Assembly: GCA_001724265.1 (NCBI GenBank)
Contig: MEDY01000056.1
Location: forward strand, 1 to 64,000
Direction: 5' to 3'
Length of the DNA stretch: 64,000 nt
DNA from: Rhizaria sp. SCN 62-66
Taxonomy: Eukaryota
Part shown: positions 1-12,900 of the stretch, one piece after another
Layout: the number at the start of each line of letters is the position of its first letter
Numbering within the stretch: position 1 is the stretch's first letter
Program-made: the position numbers and the translations under genes
Notes under the pieces: model-generated
The model's database searches: none
Seen by the model: only the letters and a program-made list of their open reading frames with translations
Told to the model about the DNA's origin: nothing

Positions 1-1
1 C

Positions 2-199
2 ACCCTCGTCACTGGTGGCCACATCCGTGTCGCCAAGCGCATTGTCGATGCCCCCGCCTTCATGGTCCGCACCGAGTCCGACATGCACATCGGCTTCGCT
101 CCCTTCTCCGCCTTCCGCAAGGGCTCTGGCGCCAAGGTCCGCCTCGGTCGCTACGCCAAGCGCACTGCCGCTGCTGCTGGTGGTGAGGCTGACGAGTAA
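2..199 (+). CDS. RPS9: 40S ribosomal protein S9 (uS4), 3' end only
   Basis: Frame from base 2 (not in the ORF track) reads TLVTGGHIRVAKRIVDAPAFMVRTESDMHIGFAPFSAFRKGSGAKVRLGRYAKRTAAAAGGEADE*. This matches the eukaryotic uS4 C-terminus (HIRV..Q.V.iPsF.VR.dS..HI.F...G...GR.K, acidic tail). Strong codon bias. Stop TAA at 197-199. Confidence 0.9.
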   Translation, partial: TLVTGGHIRVAKRIVDAPAFMVRTESDMHIGFAPFSAFRKGSGAKVRLGRYAKRTAAAAGGEADE

Positions 200-658
200 A
201 TTCTCTAACAATACAAAGCTTCCCATGTAATTGCCTTAACCACTACGCAACCACGCCAATCACTTTACGACCTCTTAAACCTGTCTCGGCGATGTGCCTT
301 TCTTAGATATTGCATTGCATAGAACCCACCTCTTTGTATCTTGACATAGTTGACTTGTAGTACATCCTGCTATACGTTTGTTGCTTCTTTGCTTTCGGAA
401 GACTCCTATTGCCTACAATATAGTGTCTGAGCCACAGATCTTTTGTGACGTGCTTCGAAGACGCGCTTCGAACAAACTTCTATATCTGTCTAGATCTGTA
501 CACCCATCTGTTGTTTAGTGACTTTGACAAGTGCCCCGATAAGAGGACACCAGTTAAACTATAGTTCATTCATTATATCTCGAAACATACTAATCAACCC
601 TTTGATCGACTGTCTTTCTGGCAGCCTTCCAAGACTCCTCGACGTCTGCTCGTTGACA

Positions 659-3600
659 ATGTCGTCCACGCCGGCGAGCAACAGTAGCAACATCACAGTT
701 TTACCCCTGGGCGCGGGCCAGGACGTAGGTCGCTCCTGCATCATTGTGCGCTTGGGCGGCAAGACCATCATGTTCGACTGCGGTCTCCACATGGCCTTCA
801 ACGACAGCCGTCGCTTCCCCGACTTCACCCACCTCGCGCCCTCCGGCCCCTACACAGCCCACGTCGACCTAGTGCTACTCAGCCACTTTCACCTCGACCA
901 CAGCGGCGGACTGCCCTACTTTACCGAGCGCGCCGGCTACGCCGGGCCCGTGCTCATGACTGCCCCCACGCGCGCGATCATCCCCGTGCTGCTGGAGGAC
1001 TTCCGCAAGATCGTCATGGACGGGCTCGAGCACACGGACCCGCAGTTCTTCTCGGCCGCTGACATCGCGCGCTGCCTCGCCAAGACGGTTGTACTGGAGC
1101 TCGACCGCGAGTGCGAGGCCGCGCCCGGTGTGTTTGTCACCGCGCACTACGCTGGCCATGTACTGGGCGCCGCGATGTTCACCGTTCGTGTCGGCAATCA
1201 GTCCGTGCTCTACACAGGCGACTTCAACGTCACTCCAGACCGACACCTCGGCGCCGCGCGCGTGCCCCGCCTTGCGCCCGACGTTCTTATTACAGAGTCG
1301 ACCTATGCTGCAACAACGCGCGACTCGAAGCGCTTCCGCGAGCAGGAGTTCTTGTCCCGCGTTAAGGCCGCCGTCGATCGGGGCGGCAAGGTGCTGATCC
1401 CTGTGTTCGCCCTGGGCCGCGCACAGGAGCTCTGTTTATTGCTCGATACTTTCTGGCGGCGCCTCCAGTGGACCGGCGTTGTTCCCATCTACGTCTCCGC
1501 CGGTTTAATCCTGCGGGCGAACGCGTACTACAAGCTCTTCGCGGCCTGGACGACCGAGGCAATGCGCGCGCGGGCCGGCGCGACCGCCGCGGCGCCCTTT
1601 GCGTTTCCTGCGATTGAGCCGCTGACGCCCGCGGCCGTGGCGGGCGCGGGGCCGATGGTCGTGCTCGCGACCCCCGGTATGCTGCACACCGGCGTGGCAC
1701 TGAATCTGCTCACGAAGTGGTGCGACGATGAGAGGAATCTCGTTGTCATCCCCGGTTACTGCGCTCCGGGCACTGTGGGCGCGAAGCTGTTAGCGGGCGA
1801 GACCCGGATTACAGTCGACGACCCCAAGGTGGCCAAACCTCCCCCCGCAACCACAACGAAGACCAATAACAGTTCACAGCAGGCGCCGCCGCAGCAGCCG
1901 CAGCAGTTGGTGCTGGACATCAAGCTCGAAGTCGCGTCCCTGTCCTTCTCTGCCCACGCAGACGCGCACGGCATTCTGACGCTGCTGCGGCAGTCGCACC
2001 CGCGCCACGTGGTGCTGGTCCACGGCGAGCGCGCCAAGATGGCTCTGCTGCGCGACCGCGTCTGGCGCGAGCTGGGCCTGCCGTGCTCCTGCCCCGGCAA
2101 CGGCGTGTCGCTGCTGGTGGGGCCCGCCGCGCCCGACGCCCGCGTCCGACTGGCGGCTGCGCTGGCGCGGGGATGGGCGGTGGACGCGGCGACCGTGACG
2201 GCGCGTTATGCCAGTGAAGTGGCCGCTGTCGTCGCCGCGCGCGCTGCGCTCGCTAACAACGCTAGTGTTAATGCCAACGTTAACGCCAACGCTAATGCTA
2301 ACGCCGACGTAGATGCTGACAACGAAGTAAGTGCGACGCACCGGAGCAAACGCGCACGGCTGGCAAACAGGGTATCGAGTGGCAGTCACAGTAATGACTC
2401 GGAGACTGCGGCGCTGACAGTTGCCCCAGGCGTCATGGCGCGCGTCTCCTCTGCTCACGGTCACATGCAGGCATCAATGGCGACGACAACGACAGCGTCA
2501 GCTGCGTCTGCCGCGGCATCTGGACTGGCCGCTGTTGAGGCTGCGATCGCACAGCTTGAGGCTGACGGCAACGACTGCGATGGTTTTGTGCCCTGCTCTC
2601 AGTCTCAAACACAGTCACTCGAGAATGCCACTAATGGAAGTGCTGATGTGCCGAGCATTGCGTTGACTGGATGCGAACATTTAGACTTTTTTGGCAACCA
2701 CGACAACGGCGTTGACAGCATCTCTCTCACTGACAAACGCAGCTCTCTCGGTGATGTTGCGACTGATGATGATGATAATGACAGCAATGGCGGTGACAAC
2801 GAGTGCGGCGAGTGCGGCGACTGCCATCTGTGCGACGCGCGCTTTGTGCCGCCGCCGCCGGAGCCTGTGCTGGAGGCGGTTGCCGTCTGCTCGCACTTGC
2901 CTGACGGCGACGGAGAAGTCAAGCCACATATGAATGAAGCCAAACCACACTTTAACAACAGCAACGTGAATAAGAACAAGGGCAAGCCTGCTGCTAAGCA
3001 CAGCGCTGTCGGGGCTGCGAACATTGCAAGCGGTGCCGCTCGTGGCACGTACAAGGCGAATCCATTCTTGGCCCCTGGCCAGCCGTGGTGGGTGTTGGCG
3101 CCGTCGCAGCTTGCCGCACTGGGGGCTGCGCCGGTCACGGCCACGCTCTCCCGCGACTGGGCAGTGCCCGCGTGCTGGGCGGCCGCCGCAACGACACGTG
3201 CTAAGAGCTCGAACTCGAAGTGCCAGAGTGAGAGTGCGTCCCCGCTGCTCACGGTTGAACGGCTTACATTCCCGACGCTATTTACACGGCTGAACGCTGG
3301 AGACCGCGCTGTGCTGATGTACACACTTATTGCGCACAGCATTGAGCTTGCGCTGTGGTGCCGCCTCCGCTCCGCGCCCACTGGCATGCCTGCTTCCGTC
3401 GCATCCCCTGCCTCGCCCCATAGTAGCTCAACAACCTTGGCGGCTGAGGCTGCGGCGGCTGCAGAGGCTGGCGCGACGACTGTGGCAGACTGGCTCGAAC
3501 TGTGTGGGCCGTGGCTCACCCCCGGAGCTTGCACAGCCGCACTGTGTGCTGTTGCCGCGAATGCGTCTGATGAAGTGTATATTGATGGGACTTCGCTGCG

Positions 3601-3778
3601 GCTGAAACTGGTGCGCAAGACTGGCTCGGTGCGCATTGACTGGGCAGTCGAGGACGAGTTGATTGCGCAACAGGTCGAGGAAGTGGCGCGCTGTGTCCTC
3701 ACGCGTAGGGCGCCGACGCTCACGGTCAGCACGATCGCTGCACTCCAGCTCGCGCACACCCAGACAGAGGACACATGA
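659..3778 (+). CDS. INTS11: Integrator subunit 11 / CPSF3-like MBL-beta-CASP endonuclease (1039 aa)
   Basis: First ATG at 659. Motifs PLGAGQDVGRSC, DCGLHMAFNDSRRFPDF (INTS11-type rather than CPSF73), SHFHLDHSGGLPY, AGHVLGAAMF, YTGDFN..PDRHL, GGKVLIPVFALGRAQEL, FSAHAD, LVHGE. Long low-complexity C-terminal half. Stop TGA. Confidence 0.92.
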   Translation: MSSTPASNSSNITVLPLGAGQDVGRSCIIVRLGGKTIMFDCGLHMAFNDSRRFPDFTHLAPSGPYTAHVDLVLLSHFHLDHSGGLPYFTERAGYAGPVLMTAPTRAIIPVLLEDFRKIVMDGLEHTDPQFFSAADIARCLAKTVVLELDRECEAAPGVFVTAHYAGHVLGAAMFTVRVGNQSVLYTGDFNVTPDRHLGAARVPRLAPDVLITESTYAATTRDSKRFREQEFLSRVKAAVDRGGKVLIPVFALGRAQELCLLLDTFWRRLQWTGVVPIYVSAGLILRANAYYKLFAAWTTEAMRARAGATAAAPFAFPAIEPLTPAAVAGAGPMVVLATPGMLHTGVALNLLTKWCDDERNLVVIPGYCAPGTVGAKLLAGETRITVDDPKVAKPPPATTTKTNNSSQQAPPQQPQQLVLDIKLEVASLSFSAHADAHGILTLLRQSHPRHVVLVHGERAKMALLRDRVWRELGLPCSCPGNGVSLLVGPAAPDARVRLAAALARGWAVDAATVTARYASEVAAVVAARAALANNASVNANVNANANANADVDADNEVSATHRSKRARLANRVSSGSHSNDSETAALTVAPGVMARVSSAHGHMQASMATTTTASAASAAASGLAAVEAAIAQLEADGNDCDGFVPCSQSQTQSLENATNGSADVPSIALTGCEHLDFFGNHDNGVDSISLTDKRSSLGDVATDDDDNDSNGGDNECGECGDCHLCDARFVPPPPEPVLEAVAVCSHLPDGDGEVKPHMNEAKPHFNNSNVNKNKGKPAAKHSAVGAANIASGAARGTYKANPFLAPGQPWWVLAPSQLAALGAAPVTATLSRDWAVPACWAAAATTRAKSSNSKCQSESASPLLTVERLTFPTLFTRLNAGDRAVLMYTLIAHSIELALWCRLRSAPTGMPASVASPASPHSSSTTLAAEAAAAAEAGATTVADWLELCGPWLTPGACTAALCAVAANASDEVYIDGTSLRLKLVRKTGSVRIDWAVEDELIAQQVEEVARCVLTRRAPTLTVSTIAALQLAHTQTEDT

Positions 3779-4155
3779 ATGTGCGAACGCAAGTTCTTTT
3801 TTATTTTTACATAGTTTATTGATGTTATCTAAGCTGCTGCTTTAATACATAGTCTTTTATATTCGTTTCTAACTTGAAATCACTTTCTTTCTGCTGAACT
3901 TCAAGTCACGCAGGGAGCGCTGACAACTTGAAGACTTGAAGAACAATGCTAGACCTGATGACTTAAGCTATGAATAGCCGTTGAATGAACACAAACCAAA
4001 CGTAAATTAAAACTCGCTACATTTTATGTCTTCTCCTTCTTATGTTATTTCTTTCAGGTAACTTTGAGACCCAGTAAGCTTGCCATACCAAACGTAGACT
4101 CTCTTGGCTTGCGGGACAGACTTTCTCCGCCCTTTGACGGGCGCACCGACTTCCG

Positions 4156-6876
4156 ATGTTCCAGGTCGTCCACAGGAACGCTGCGCAAGGCCCAACTGGA
4201 AGAGACGTGCCATTCACGCACTAGGCGGCGCCGACGCGCGCTCTTGCGCCCGTGCACGGAACGTTCGACTTCGACCCAACTCCTCTCCGAGACGTGTCCT
4301 CGTCTGAGGTGGTCACAATCGCGTCGACTCTAGGCTCATGCTTGATTGCAGTCTCTGCAGGAATTCCAAATGCGCTTTTTGCCTTCACATCTGCGTTTTC
4401 GGCTGATCATAAACTCAGTCTCCCGAAGCACGCTTGGTTTCTTCCGCTCCTGGTTGCTGTCGCAACGGCTGGGCTGCAGTGCACTTTCATCACAACACCT
4501 CTGCACGCGCGTCACGGTCCCGCACGCACTGCGCTGCTGTGTGGACTTACTGCCGCATTAGGATGTCTGCTGTTTTCGTTTGCGACGCACCCAGCAACAC
4601 TTCTCCTATCACTCTTTGCTCTCTCTGTCGCCGCAGGCACTGCTTTCGTCGCTGCACTAGCACCCGCGCTCGCACTCGGCCATCCCGCGGCCGTCGCAGC
4701 AGTCTCTGTTTCGATGTCGCTCAGCATCACCTTTTCAGTTGCGGGCGCAAACGCAATTTCCTCGCTTTGTGGTGAAAACACAGGCGCATGCTGGCGTATT
4801 ACGTTCCGTGTCTTCTGCATTGCTGCGACGCTGCTCACAGTCGCAGGAGCTGCTCTCATGGCCGCATCACCGCTTGCGCGGAAACAGCCACCGCAAGCAG
4901 CTTTGCCATCGCCACAAGCGCACACTGTTGCACGAATATCTGAGTTGATGGAGTCACTGCACCTGCCAAGAGCTAGAGAGCAGGCGCCACAGAGCCAGAG
5001 AGACTCGCACGAAAGAGCATCAACGCTTGGTCACAATGATCACGTGGGACTAAGAAGCGCTGATTATTCGGGACTTACCATTGATAACAACGACAACAGG
5101 CTTGTGCGTGTGTCGTCCCACAACGAGATAAAACACGACCCAGTCTCTACGCACGGCCACTCTCACGCTCATGATTCCCCTAGTCACGCTCACCACTTGA
5201 CTGCACAGCCGCCGTCATTGTTGACACTGTATTCAGGACAAGATCGACGCGTTTTTGCAAGCGAGCGCCAAATCGTGCAGCGGCGTTCGAGTTCAAAGAT
5301 CGATACTAGTCTTCCGCAACATGTTGCTAACAACGGAACGAACATGCGCATCAGCCCACCAAGCAACGCAATATCACGTCGACGCACCCATGTCCCACCG
5401 CCCATTAGCACACAACCCGTCGACTCGCGCCCACGTGCGTTAATGGCAACACAAGCGCATCCCAGCCCTCTACTCCCGTCGTCACTGCAGCCGTTTGCTG
5501 GTGTGACGTCAAAGAGCGAGCCTGCAGCAGCAACATTGGCAACTTCGCCACTCTTACCACAGCGCGCTCAAGAAGAGGAGCAGCGCAGGCTGGATGCGAC
5601 TCGAGCAATGCGTCATATTCCCCTAGCAAATATAACAGTTCAAACTAATGCAACCGCTGGTAATCTAAGTGACCTGGATTGGGTGCGTGTCCACGCACGG
5701 CCGCTGTTGCTGCTTGGAATTGCAAACGCACTCTCGATTGGCGGGGCACTATTTTACACAACATCTTTGCCAGCACTCTGGGATGACATTACAGCAAGCA
5801 ACGCACCTGTTAGAAATGCTACAGTAACACCACATATTGCTGTGTTTCCAACAAGCAACCATACAGCACTGCTGCCTCCCACGCCACTTGATAGCGGTGG
5901 GTTGCCAGGAGCCAACCCAGCACTCATCCCGACATCACCAGTGACATCATTGCAGTACGTAAGGAACACCGTGCCACCACCTGCTTCATTAGCTGCACTG
6001 TCGGCAATTCTTTCTATTGCCATTGCCACTGGTAATGTTGTTGGGCCTGTGTTAGCATATGCACTGCGGCCAACACCTCGCGATATTAGTGAAGATGAGA
6101 ATCTGGCCGCAAATGATTCAAAGGTGCGCAGCTCGAGCCAAGATTACGATGATGACCGACATAGCCTTGGCGAGGCAAGACCTAGATTTCCAGCTAACGC
6201 GAGCGCCGTTTCAAGGGAGTTGCCTCAAGTGCGCTCACAGACGCAGCTTTTTTCCGAGCCACAAACTGGCGGTGGCAACAAGCGTCGGTGCACGTGTGCG
6301 TGTACTCTGCCAGCGTTGCTGTCAGTGATGCAGATTATATCTTCTTTCGCGTTTGCCACAGTCACAATTGCAGCGTTTACACTTCCCACAGCGTTATATC
6401 ATAGTCCTGCGAACAAAGCATTGCTTTCAGTCGCGTCAGTGTGGTTCATCGGCTCTCTTGTGATGATTGCCGCCTCTCTTGGATGTTTCTTCTCTCTACT
6501 TCCTACACTTGCTCTCCAGGCTTTTGGCGCACGCCGGTTTCCCACAGCAGTCGCCGCCGCACAGGCAGGCACCGCGGTTGTGCTTCTTGCCACACCGTTT
6601 ATCAAGGGCGCGTTGCTACGACCTCACGACGGCGGTATGCGCATCGGTGGCGCGGCGGCGGGGATTGCGGTCGCACATGCGGCGGCTGCGGCGGCAACGT
6701 GGGCGTTGGGCCGCACGCACTTCAGCCAGGCCGCAGTCGTTAAGGAGCAGAGAACGCTGTGGGAACGGGTTGAGACAGAGGCTGAGGAGGCCGAGGAGCG
6801 GGCGCAGCAGGGGGAGGCGGACGAAAAGATGAAGGAAGAGGGGCTGGCGCGGGGTGAGAGAATCACTGTCACATAA
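4156..6876 (+). CDS. MFS-like multi-pass membrane protein (906 aa if TAG 4222-4224 is read through)
   Basis: Two bundles of about six hydrophobic segments flank a long hydrophilic loop, an MFS-like 6+6 topology. The track ORF starts at GTG 4252. An in-frame ATG lies at 4156 (MFQVVHRNAAQGPTGRDVPFTH*AAPTRALAPVHGT), separated from it by a single TAG. Stop TAA. Confidence 0.6.
4222..4224 (+). other. In-frame TAG, putative sense codon (context PFTH*AAPTR)
   Basis: Only stop between ATG 4156 and the 874-codon open frame. Confidence 0.6.
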
Positions 6877-6988
6877 CGAGGACAAAGCAATTAGACAGTC
6901 GCGATATTGCATTAAGGAAAATAAAGAGTGTATTTATATGTATCAGTTGTCATCAATGTTGTTGAAACGCACAGTTTTGAGGATGCAC

Positions 6989-9900
6989 TTATGAAAGGTC
7001 GATGTCCCATGCCATATCATCGTTCTTGGTCGCTGCGGGCGCGGTGGGGGCGCTTGTCCCAAACGTCGCCACAGGCGCAGACGTCGGCACAGACGCCAAG
7101 ACAGCGGGCGCAGCAGCGACAGGCGCAAGGGCGTCCCATGCATTGCCCCAGTCATTGTTGTTCGTCATAGGAGTACGATCGGGCTTCGCTGCGGCGGGTG
7201 CAGGGGCGTGGCTGGAGACACTGCGATTGTCTTCTTTGTGGTCGCGGCCGCCATCAAACTGAGCAGTCTGCTGCCACTGCTGCTGCGGTTGACGCTGCTG
7301 TTGTTGAATGTTACGAGTCGGGAATGCGTCCCATCCGTCGTCAATAAAGCCAAAGCCAGAAACAGCACCGCCCTGTTCACGCTCACCCTCACCCTCACTG
7401 TCATCATCTCCACGCTGCGCAGCAACAGGTGGCAGCGACTTCAGATGCGTCTGCAGCAGCGACACCGCTTCTTCAACAGTGACACCACGCACGCCCCATT
7501 CAAGTAGCGGCTGCGGCAAAGCGGCTGCGCTCGCTAGGCGCTGCTTGGCGTCCTCCAGCGTGCCCGCCACCGCCCACACAGTCTCCTCTTCTTCGAGGGA
7601 CACTGCGCGCCGGCCCGCGCTCCACCCACCGCGCGCGCCCGCCGCGGTGGTAGCGGCGGCGGCGGCGGCGCGGTCGGTCGCGGGGAGCGCGGCCACGGCG
7701 GCAGCGACGTCCCGCGCGGCCGTGGCGACGTCGAGCAGCACGTGGTGCGTGGTGGCGTCCATGCTCCACACAACGAGCGCGGACACTGTCTTGGGAAAAA
7801 GACCAGCCGCGGACAGCGGCAGCACGCGCGCACGCGCCCACGGTGACTGCGACAGCTGCTCGCGCCAACGCGGGTCGCGAGTCCAGCCGGCGCCAGCGGC
7901 AGCAACGCTGCAATCATCGCCGAGTGCGGTGCTCGCGGCAGCTGCCTCGAGGGCGTTGCAGCGCTCCGATGCAAGCGCAATCACGGCCAGGGCGTCGCGT
8001 GCAACACGCACGCGCGCGCGGGGGTGCATCGATGCGCCCGGCGGCGGCGCAGCCCAGGCGTTAAAGAGGTACGTGTCGAGGCGCGCACAGACGTCGAGCC
8101 ACACGCGTTGTGCTGTCGCCGCGGCAGTGTGGCGCAGCAGCAGCGCGGACAGCGATGATAACAGGGTCAGCGGCGCGACCAGCACGGGCGCGATCTCGTC
8201 CTCGTCGTGGTCGTTGGCGTCATCGCCAGTAGCGACAGCGTTCCTCGGACTCGTCTGCCCCGCCTTGTTGTTGGCTTGAGCAGCGAGCTGGTGGCGGAAC
8301 GTCACATCAGTGTGCGTTGCGCCCCAAGCTGCGGCCGCCGCGCGCTGCTGCTTGGTGGCGGTGTCGCGCACCGCGCGCAGCACTGCGCGCTCGCGCTTCG
8401 CCTGCTCACGCTCCGCTGCATCAACCGCAGTCATGAGCGCACGCGGCGCGTTTGGCGCAAGAGCGGCGGCAGCAGCGGCTCCAGTCGCGCCGCCGCACGT
8501 CGTGGCAGCGTCTGCAGCAGAACGCGCACGGCGAATCGCGTTGCGATCGCTGTCGTAGGCGCGTTGCGACAGCTGCGCAACTGCGGCCGCATAACCGCTG
8601 CTGCCAGCAATGAACAGACTTGTAATGTGGTCACTCAAAGCGCGTGCGCCGGCAGCCATCACACTCTCGCAGTCGCGGCGGAACGGGGCGAAGAAGCTGA
8701 ACGACGACACACCCGCATCACTCGCAACATTGGCGGTGATCGTAGATGAAGCCAGGTGCTGCGCGAGACCGCGGTCGCTGCCGGTGCCGGTGCGCGTGTA
8801 GCTGCGGACGAGCGCGACAGCAGCACCGACGCTGCCGCCCGCAGTCACAGCGGTCGCGGCCAGCATCGCACGGCGCGCCTGCGCAGGTGCGTTGTGACCG
8901 TTGCCACTGCCACTGGCAGCAGCAACGGCAACGACGGCAGACCATGCGTCCGCAAGCGCATTCGCACTCGCACTGACACCGTTCACACTGTTCGCGGTCG
9001 CAGCGGCAAGAGCGGAGTCGACCTTCGCCCATGCCTGCACGGTTGCGCTGACCCAGGCTTGTTCGCGACGCAGCAACGCGGGGATGTCAGTCACGGTCGC
9101 GGTTACTAGGTCACTGGCACTGGGCTGAGGTGGTGCCAGCAGCGTCTGCAGCAGCAGCGCGACGGCTGCAGGCGACACGCCGGCCGCTACCGACGGCGTG
9201 AGCAGAGCTGGAACAACTAGCAAATTTGTGCTCGCGTCGCTTGCAGCCGTAAGACAGCGCTTGTGGTTGTTCTCGCTGCTCTTTGACTTGCTACGGCGGC
9301 CAATGTCGGTGACATCAGGCGCGAAGACAGCCAGCAGTGCGTCGCGCGCGGCGGTCCACAACCGTTCACGCGCCCGCGCGCGCAGCATGAGCGCGTATGC
9401 GGGCACAAGAGCTGCCATGTTGGCGACGCCAGTCGCGAGGACACCACTGGTTGCGCCGGACGCCGTGGCCGCGTGTAGCTGCTGCGCGGTGGCGACAACG
9501 ACGCTGACGCCGGTCAGGAACTCCGAGGGCGACAGCGCGTCTGCGTCGCCGCCCATCACAGCCGCCGATGCAGAAGCGAACGGAACAAACACAGAGTCTC
9601 CGGCAGTCTTGGTGCCATCCGTCGCACCGCCAGCGCCAGCGCGAGCAGCGCGGGCGAGCAGGGACATAAACCCCACGCCGCCAGTGCCCGTCGATGCCGC
9701 AGCAGCTGTGGCCGCCGCCGCAGCAGTCGCAGCGGCATCGGCGAGCAGTCCAGTGGCAGCGGCAGTCGTGAAGGCGGCGGCCGCAGCGTCGAGCCTGCGG
9801 AGCCGCGTCCAAAGCGCAGCCGCAACGGTCTTCAGCGTCGGTGCAACCGCCTGGAAGATGATCTGCAGCTTCGCAGCAGCGGGCAAACGCGCAGGAGCAA

Positions 9901-12900
9901 GCGATGAAGTTAAGCCGTGAATGAGCTCAACAAGCGCGTTGCCAACAAGCGTCTGCGGGGGTGGCACGCGCGCCGCTGTCGCAACCTGCACTGCGTTGTC
10001 GCCACCAGCGACGGCTGTGACCGAGTCTGGCGCAGCGCGGGGCAGCACAGGAAGCGCTGACCAGCGACGGCGCTCGCTCTCGAGGGCCTCCGCTGCCGCA
10101 GTCGCCGCAGCCGCAGCGGCCTTGTTTTTGATCTTAGCGCTCGCGGCTAGCGTCGCGGCGCTTGCAAGCGGGCGCGCGCCGGCGGCACCGGCGAGACCTA
10201 TACCCGCCGAAGTCCCGCGCCTGTGGTTGCCACCAGCGATGTGATGCGCTGCGGGGTTGGCGGCAGGAGCGAGGGTGGCAAAGCCGGAGGACGGAGTGAA
10301 GCGGAGACTGGCCGGGCTCTTGCCGCGGCCGCGCGAGGGCACGACAAACGCGCGCCACGCGTCAGCGTCGCTGTCATGGTCACGGCCACCATGCGGCGAC
10401 TCTGCGTTGGCTGGCGCGTGCGAGCTGCCCAGCGTACGTTGCACAGCCGAGGCCGCTGCAGCCGCAGCCGCAGGCGACGGGGTCAACATTGTCAGCGCCG
10501 GGTCGTCTCCGAGCGCGCTGGCGACCGAGGGGCCGCTGACTGCGAGGACGCGGGAGACGAATAGCTCACGCAGCGAGGAAAGATAAAGACTGAACAGGTC
10601 AGGGGTGACTGTGAGCAGCGAGAGAAGCGACGGGCCAGCTGCACCAGTCGAGGCAAGCAGCGGCAAGTGGCAGCGAACGGTAAGATTGATGGTGCGACTG
10701 CCAAGGGAGTTGATAGGCGAGAGCATTGCGTGTGCTAAGAGAGACACACGCGATGCAACAGACTCTGCCCACCGGTTCACAGTCGCCTTGCCGCCACCAC
10801 TGACGATCAATGCGTTAGGGCTCGCACTACTCATAGCGGACACGGACGCAGCAGTGCGAGCGGCAGCAGCGGCCACATGCGCCCTCATGGGCGCAATCCA
10901 CGACAACAAAACAGCGCTGTTGTCGTCGTCGTAGTCGTCGCCGTTGTCATATTCCACAACAGCGCCTGTCGGTGCTTGAGCGTACTTTGTGATGATCGAT
11001 GTGGGAAGCGCATATAGTTGCTTCAGCACCCTCTCAGAGGTGGCATCAGCGTCCGCAAGCACAGCGGCGACTGCGCACACGTCTTCGGCTGCCGCCACGT
11101 CATCGTAATCGTCGCCGGTGCCGTCGCCGTTGCCGACCTGGTTGGCGCGGACGGGAAGCCACGGCCACGGGCAAAGGAGTGGGGCGGGCGGAATAGGCGG
11201 CAGCAATACGTTGCTGTTCGATGGCGACGTGCCCTTACGCCGTGCCTCGGCGTCACCGTAAAGCTCATTGCCGTCGTCATAAGCAGCATCTTCGTCTTCG
11301 TCTTCGTTGTCATCGTCGTCGTCGACCATGGTTGCCCTCCACGCAGCAAGCGCGCCTCGAGCAATTGTATCCAGTGCGTCGCCGCCCGCGCTGCTATTGT
11401 TGGGGTTGCCGCCGCCCTTGCGCAGTCCGCTTTGGCCCGCAGCACCGACGTCACGAGGGGTCACTGCAGTGACACCGCCAGCGGCAGCGGCGTTGTTGGC
11501 AGAGCCTGTGGCCAAACGCAGCGCGCTCCCGACGGCGGCGTCGAGCGCGGAGCCCACGGCTTCGCCCAGACCGCCGGTGCCCCATAATGAAGAGGCGGGA
11601 GTCTCGGCCGCGACCACTGTCACAAACGACGCCGCACCGGTGTTCGGCGCGCCATTGGCGCTGGTCGAAGGAGTGGCGAGCGAGGCCGGTTGAGCACATG
11701 CAAGGTAGATGAGCGCGTACTCTTCGAGCTCGGGTGCAGCAAGCAGAGACGGCGCATCTGCGGCTGCGGCGGCGGCGAGTGAAGTGACGGCAGTGGCGAC
11801 CGCGGCGACGGACGCGGGGGCGAGCGCACGGTTGCCGGTCGCCTTGTTGGCGCTTGCAGGAGAAGCCGTCGTTGCAGTGGCGGCGACAAGAGCGCGGAGC
11901 TGCGCGTATTGCTCGCGCAACCGGTCCCCCGTCTCTTTACTATTGTCCTCGCTATGAAGCAGCGCCGCAGCCTCCTCGAGCGCGGAGCGAGCCACGGCGG
12001 CGACGCTGGCCCCGTCTGCCGCAGTGGCAGAAAGCGTGCCGGGCGCCGTGAGGGCGAGTATGCGCTGCACCAAAGTCAGGCCGCCACCGCAGCTGTCGCA
12101 GTCGTCGCCGTTGGTCGAGTCCGCGGTGGCGAGAGCGCGGAGGGCGCCCACCGCCACTAGCGGCAGCGGGAGGCGGGCGAGACTCTGCGCCAGCGCGCCC
12201 GAGTCCGCAGTGGCGACAGCCAGCGCGGCGGCGGCAGGGGTGCGCGGCTCCGCGAACAGCGATGACGGCAGCGTCGTAAGCCACGGCTGCTGCGGCGCCG
12301 CTGCGGCGGAGTGCGAGGGGTCGTGAGACGCTGCTGAGTGAGGCGCGGCGGCGTCTGCTGCAGAGGCAAACGCAGCAAGCGCCGTGAAGCGGGCAAGCGC
12401 CGCCGCAGGGGCATTGCTGCCGCTGCCGTTGCTGCTCTGCGCTTGCTGCACTTGCGGCTGCGGGTCAGAGTCCGCATGTGAAGGGGACATTGTGAGCTCG
12501 CATGCAGCCACCCCGCCCAGCGCAGAAGCCGCCGCATTCATAGCACGCCTGTCCGCGCCTGAGCACTCAGCGGCGCTGTCGTTCGCGTAGCAGTGCAGCA
12601 GCGACGCAGCCTGCGTGATGCGCGCAACTGTGAGCAGCTGCAGCGGCGTCGGAGAGGCTAGCAGCAGCCGCATCGCAGCCGCACGTGCGCTGCTGCTGTT
12701 GGGGCGCGCGCTATCAGAACCTTCTTCGTTCTCATCATAATCGTCATCCTCACCATTGTCGTTGCCGATATCACCGGTTTCGAGCCATACGAGCTCGGTC
12801 GCAGCCACCGCGCCCACCGTCGCACCGACGCCGACACTACCCACGCCTTCGTCGCTCGCGGCGAGAAACGGGCGCAGCAGAGCCGCCACGGCGGCGGGCG

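Noticed and set aside
15-230. 71-aa track ORF
   Set aside because: Wrong frame. The real gene is the RPS9 3' end in the frame starting at base 2.
518-658. GTG-initiated N-terminal extension of INTS11
   Set aside because: Eukaryotic gene; this sequence is AT-rich and UTR-like. ATG 659 sits just before the conserved first strand.
4002-4057. Pyrimidine tract ending in TTTCAG upstream of the MFS-like gene, possibly a 5' UTR intron
   Set aside because: No consensus donor nearby and no coding frame to test it against. Needs RNA data.
4165-4224. Possible 60-nt in-frame intron (GTCGTC..TAG) that would remove the MFS TAG
   Set aside because: The donor does not match the GTRCG consensus, there is no pyrimidine tract, and it is shorter than all defined introns. 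Not fully excluded, so this TAG has lower confidence.
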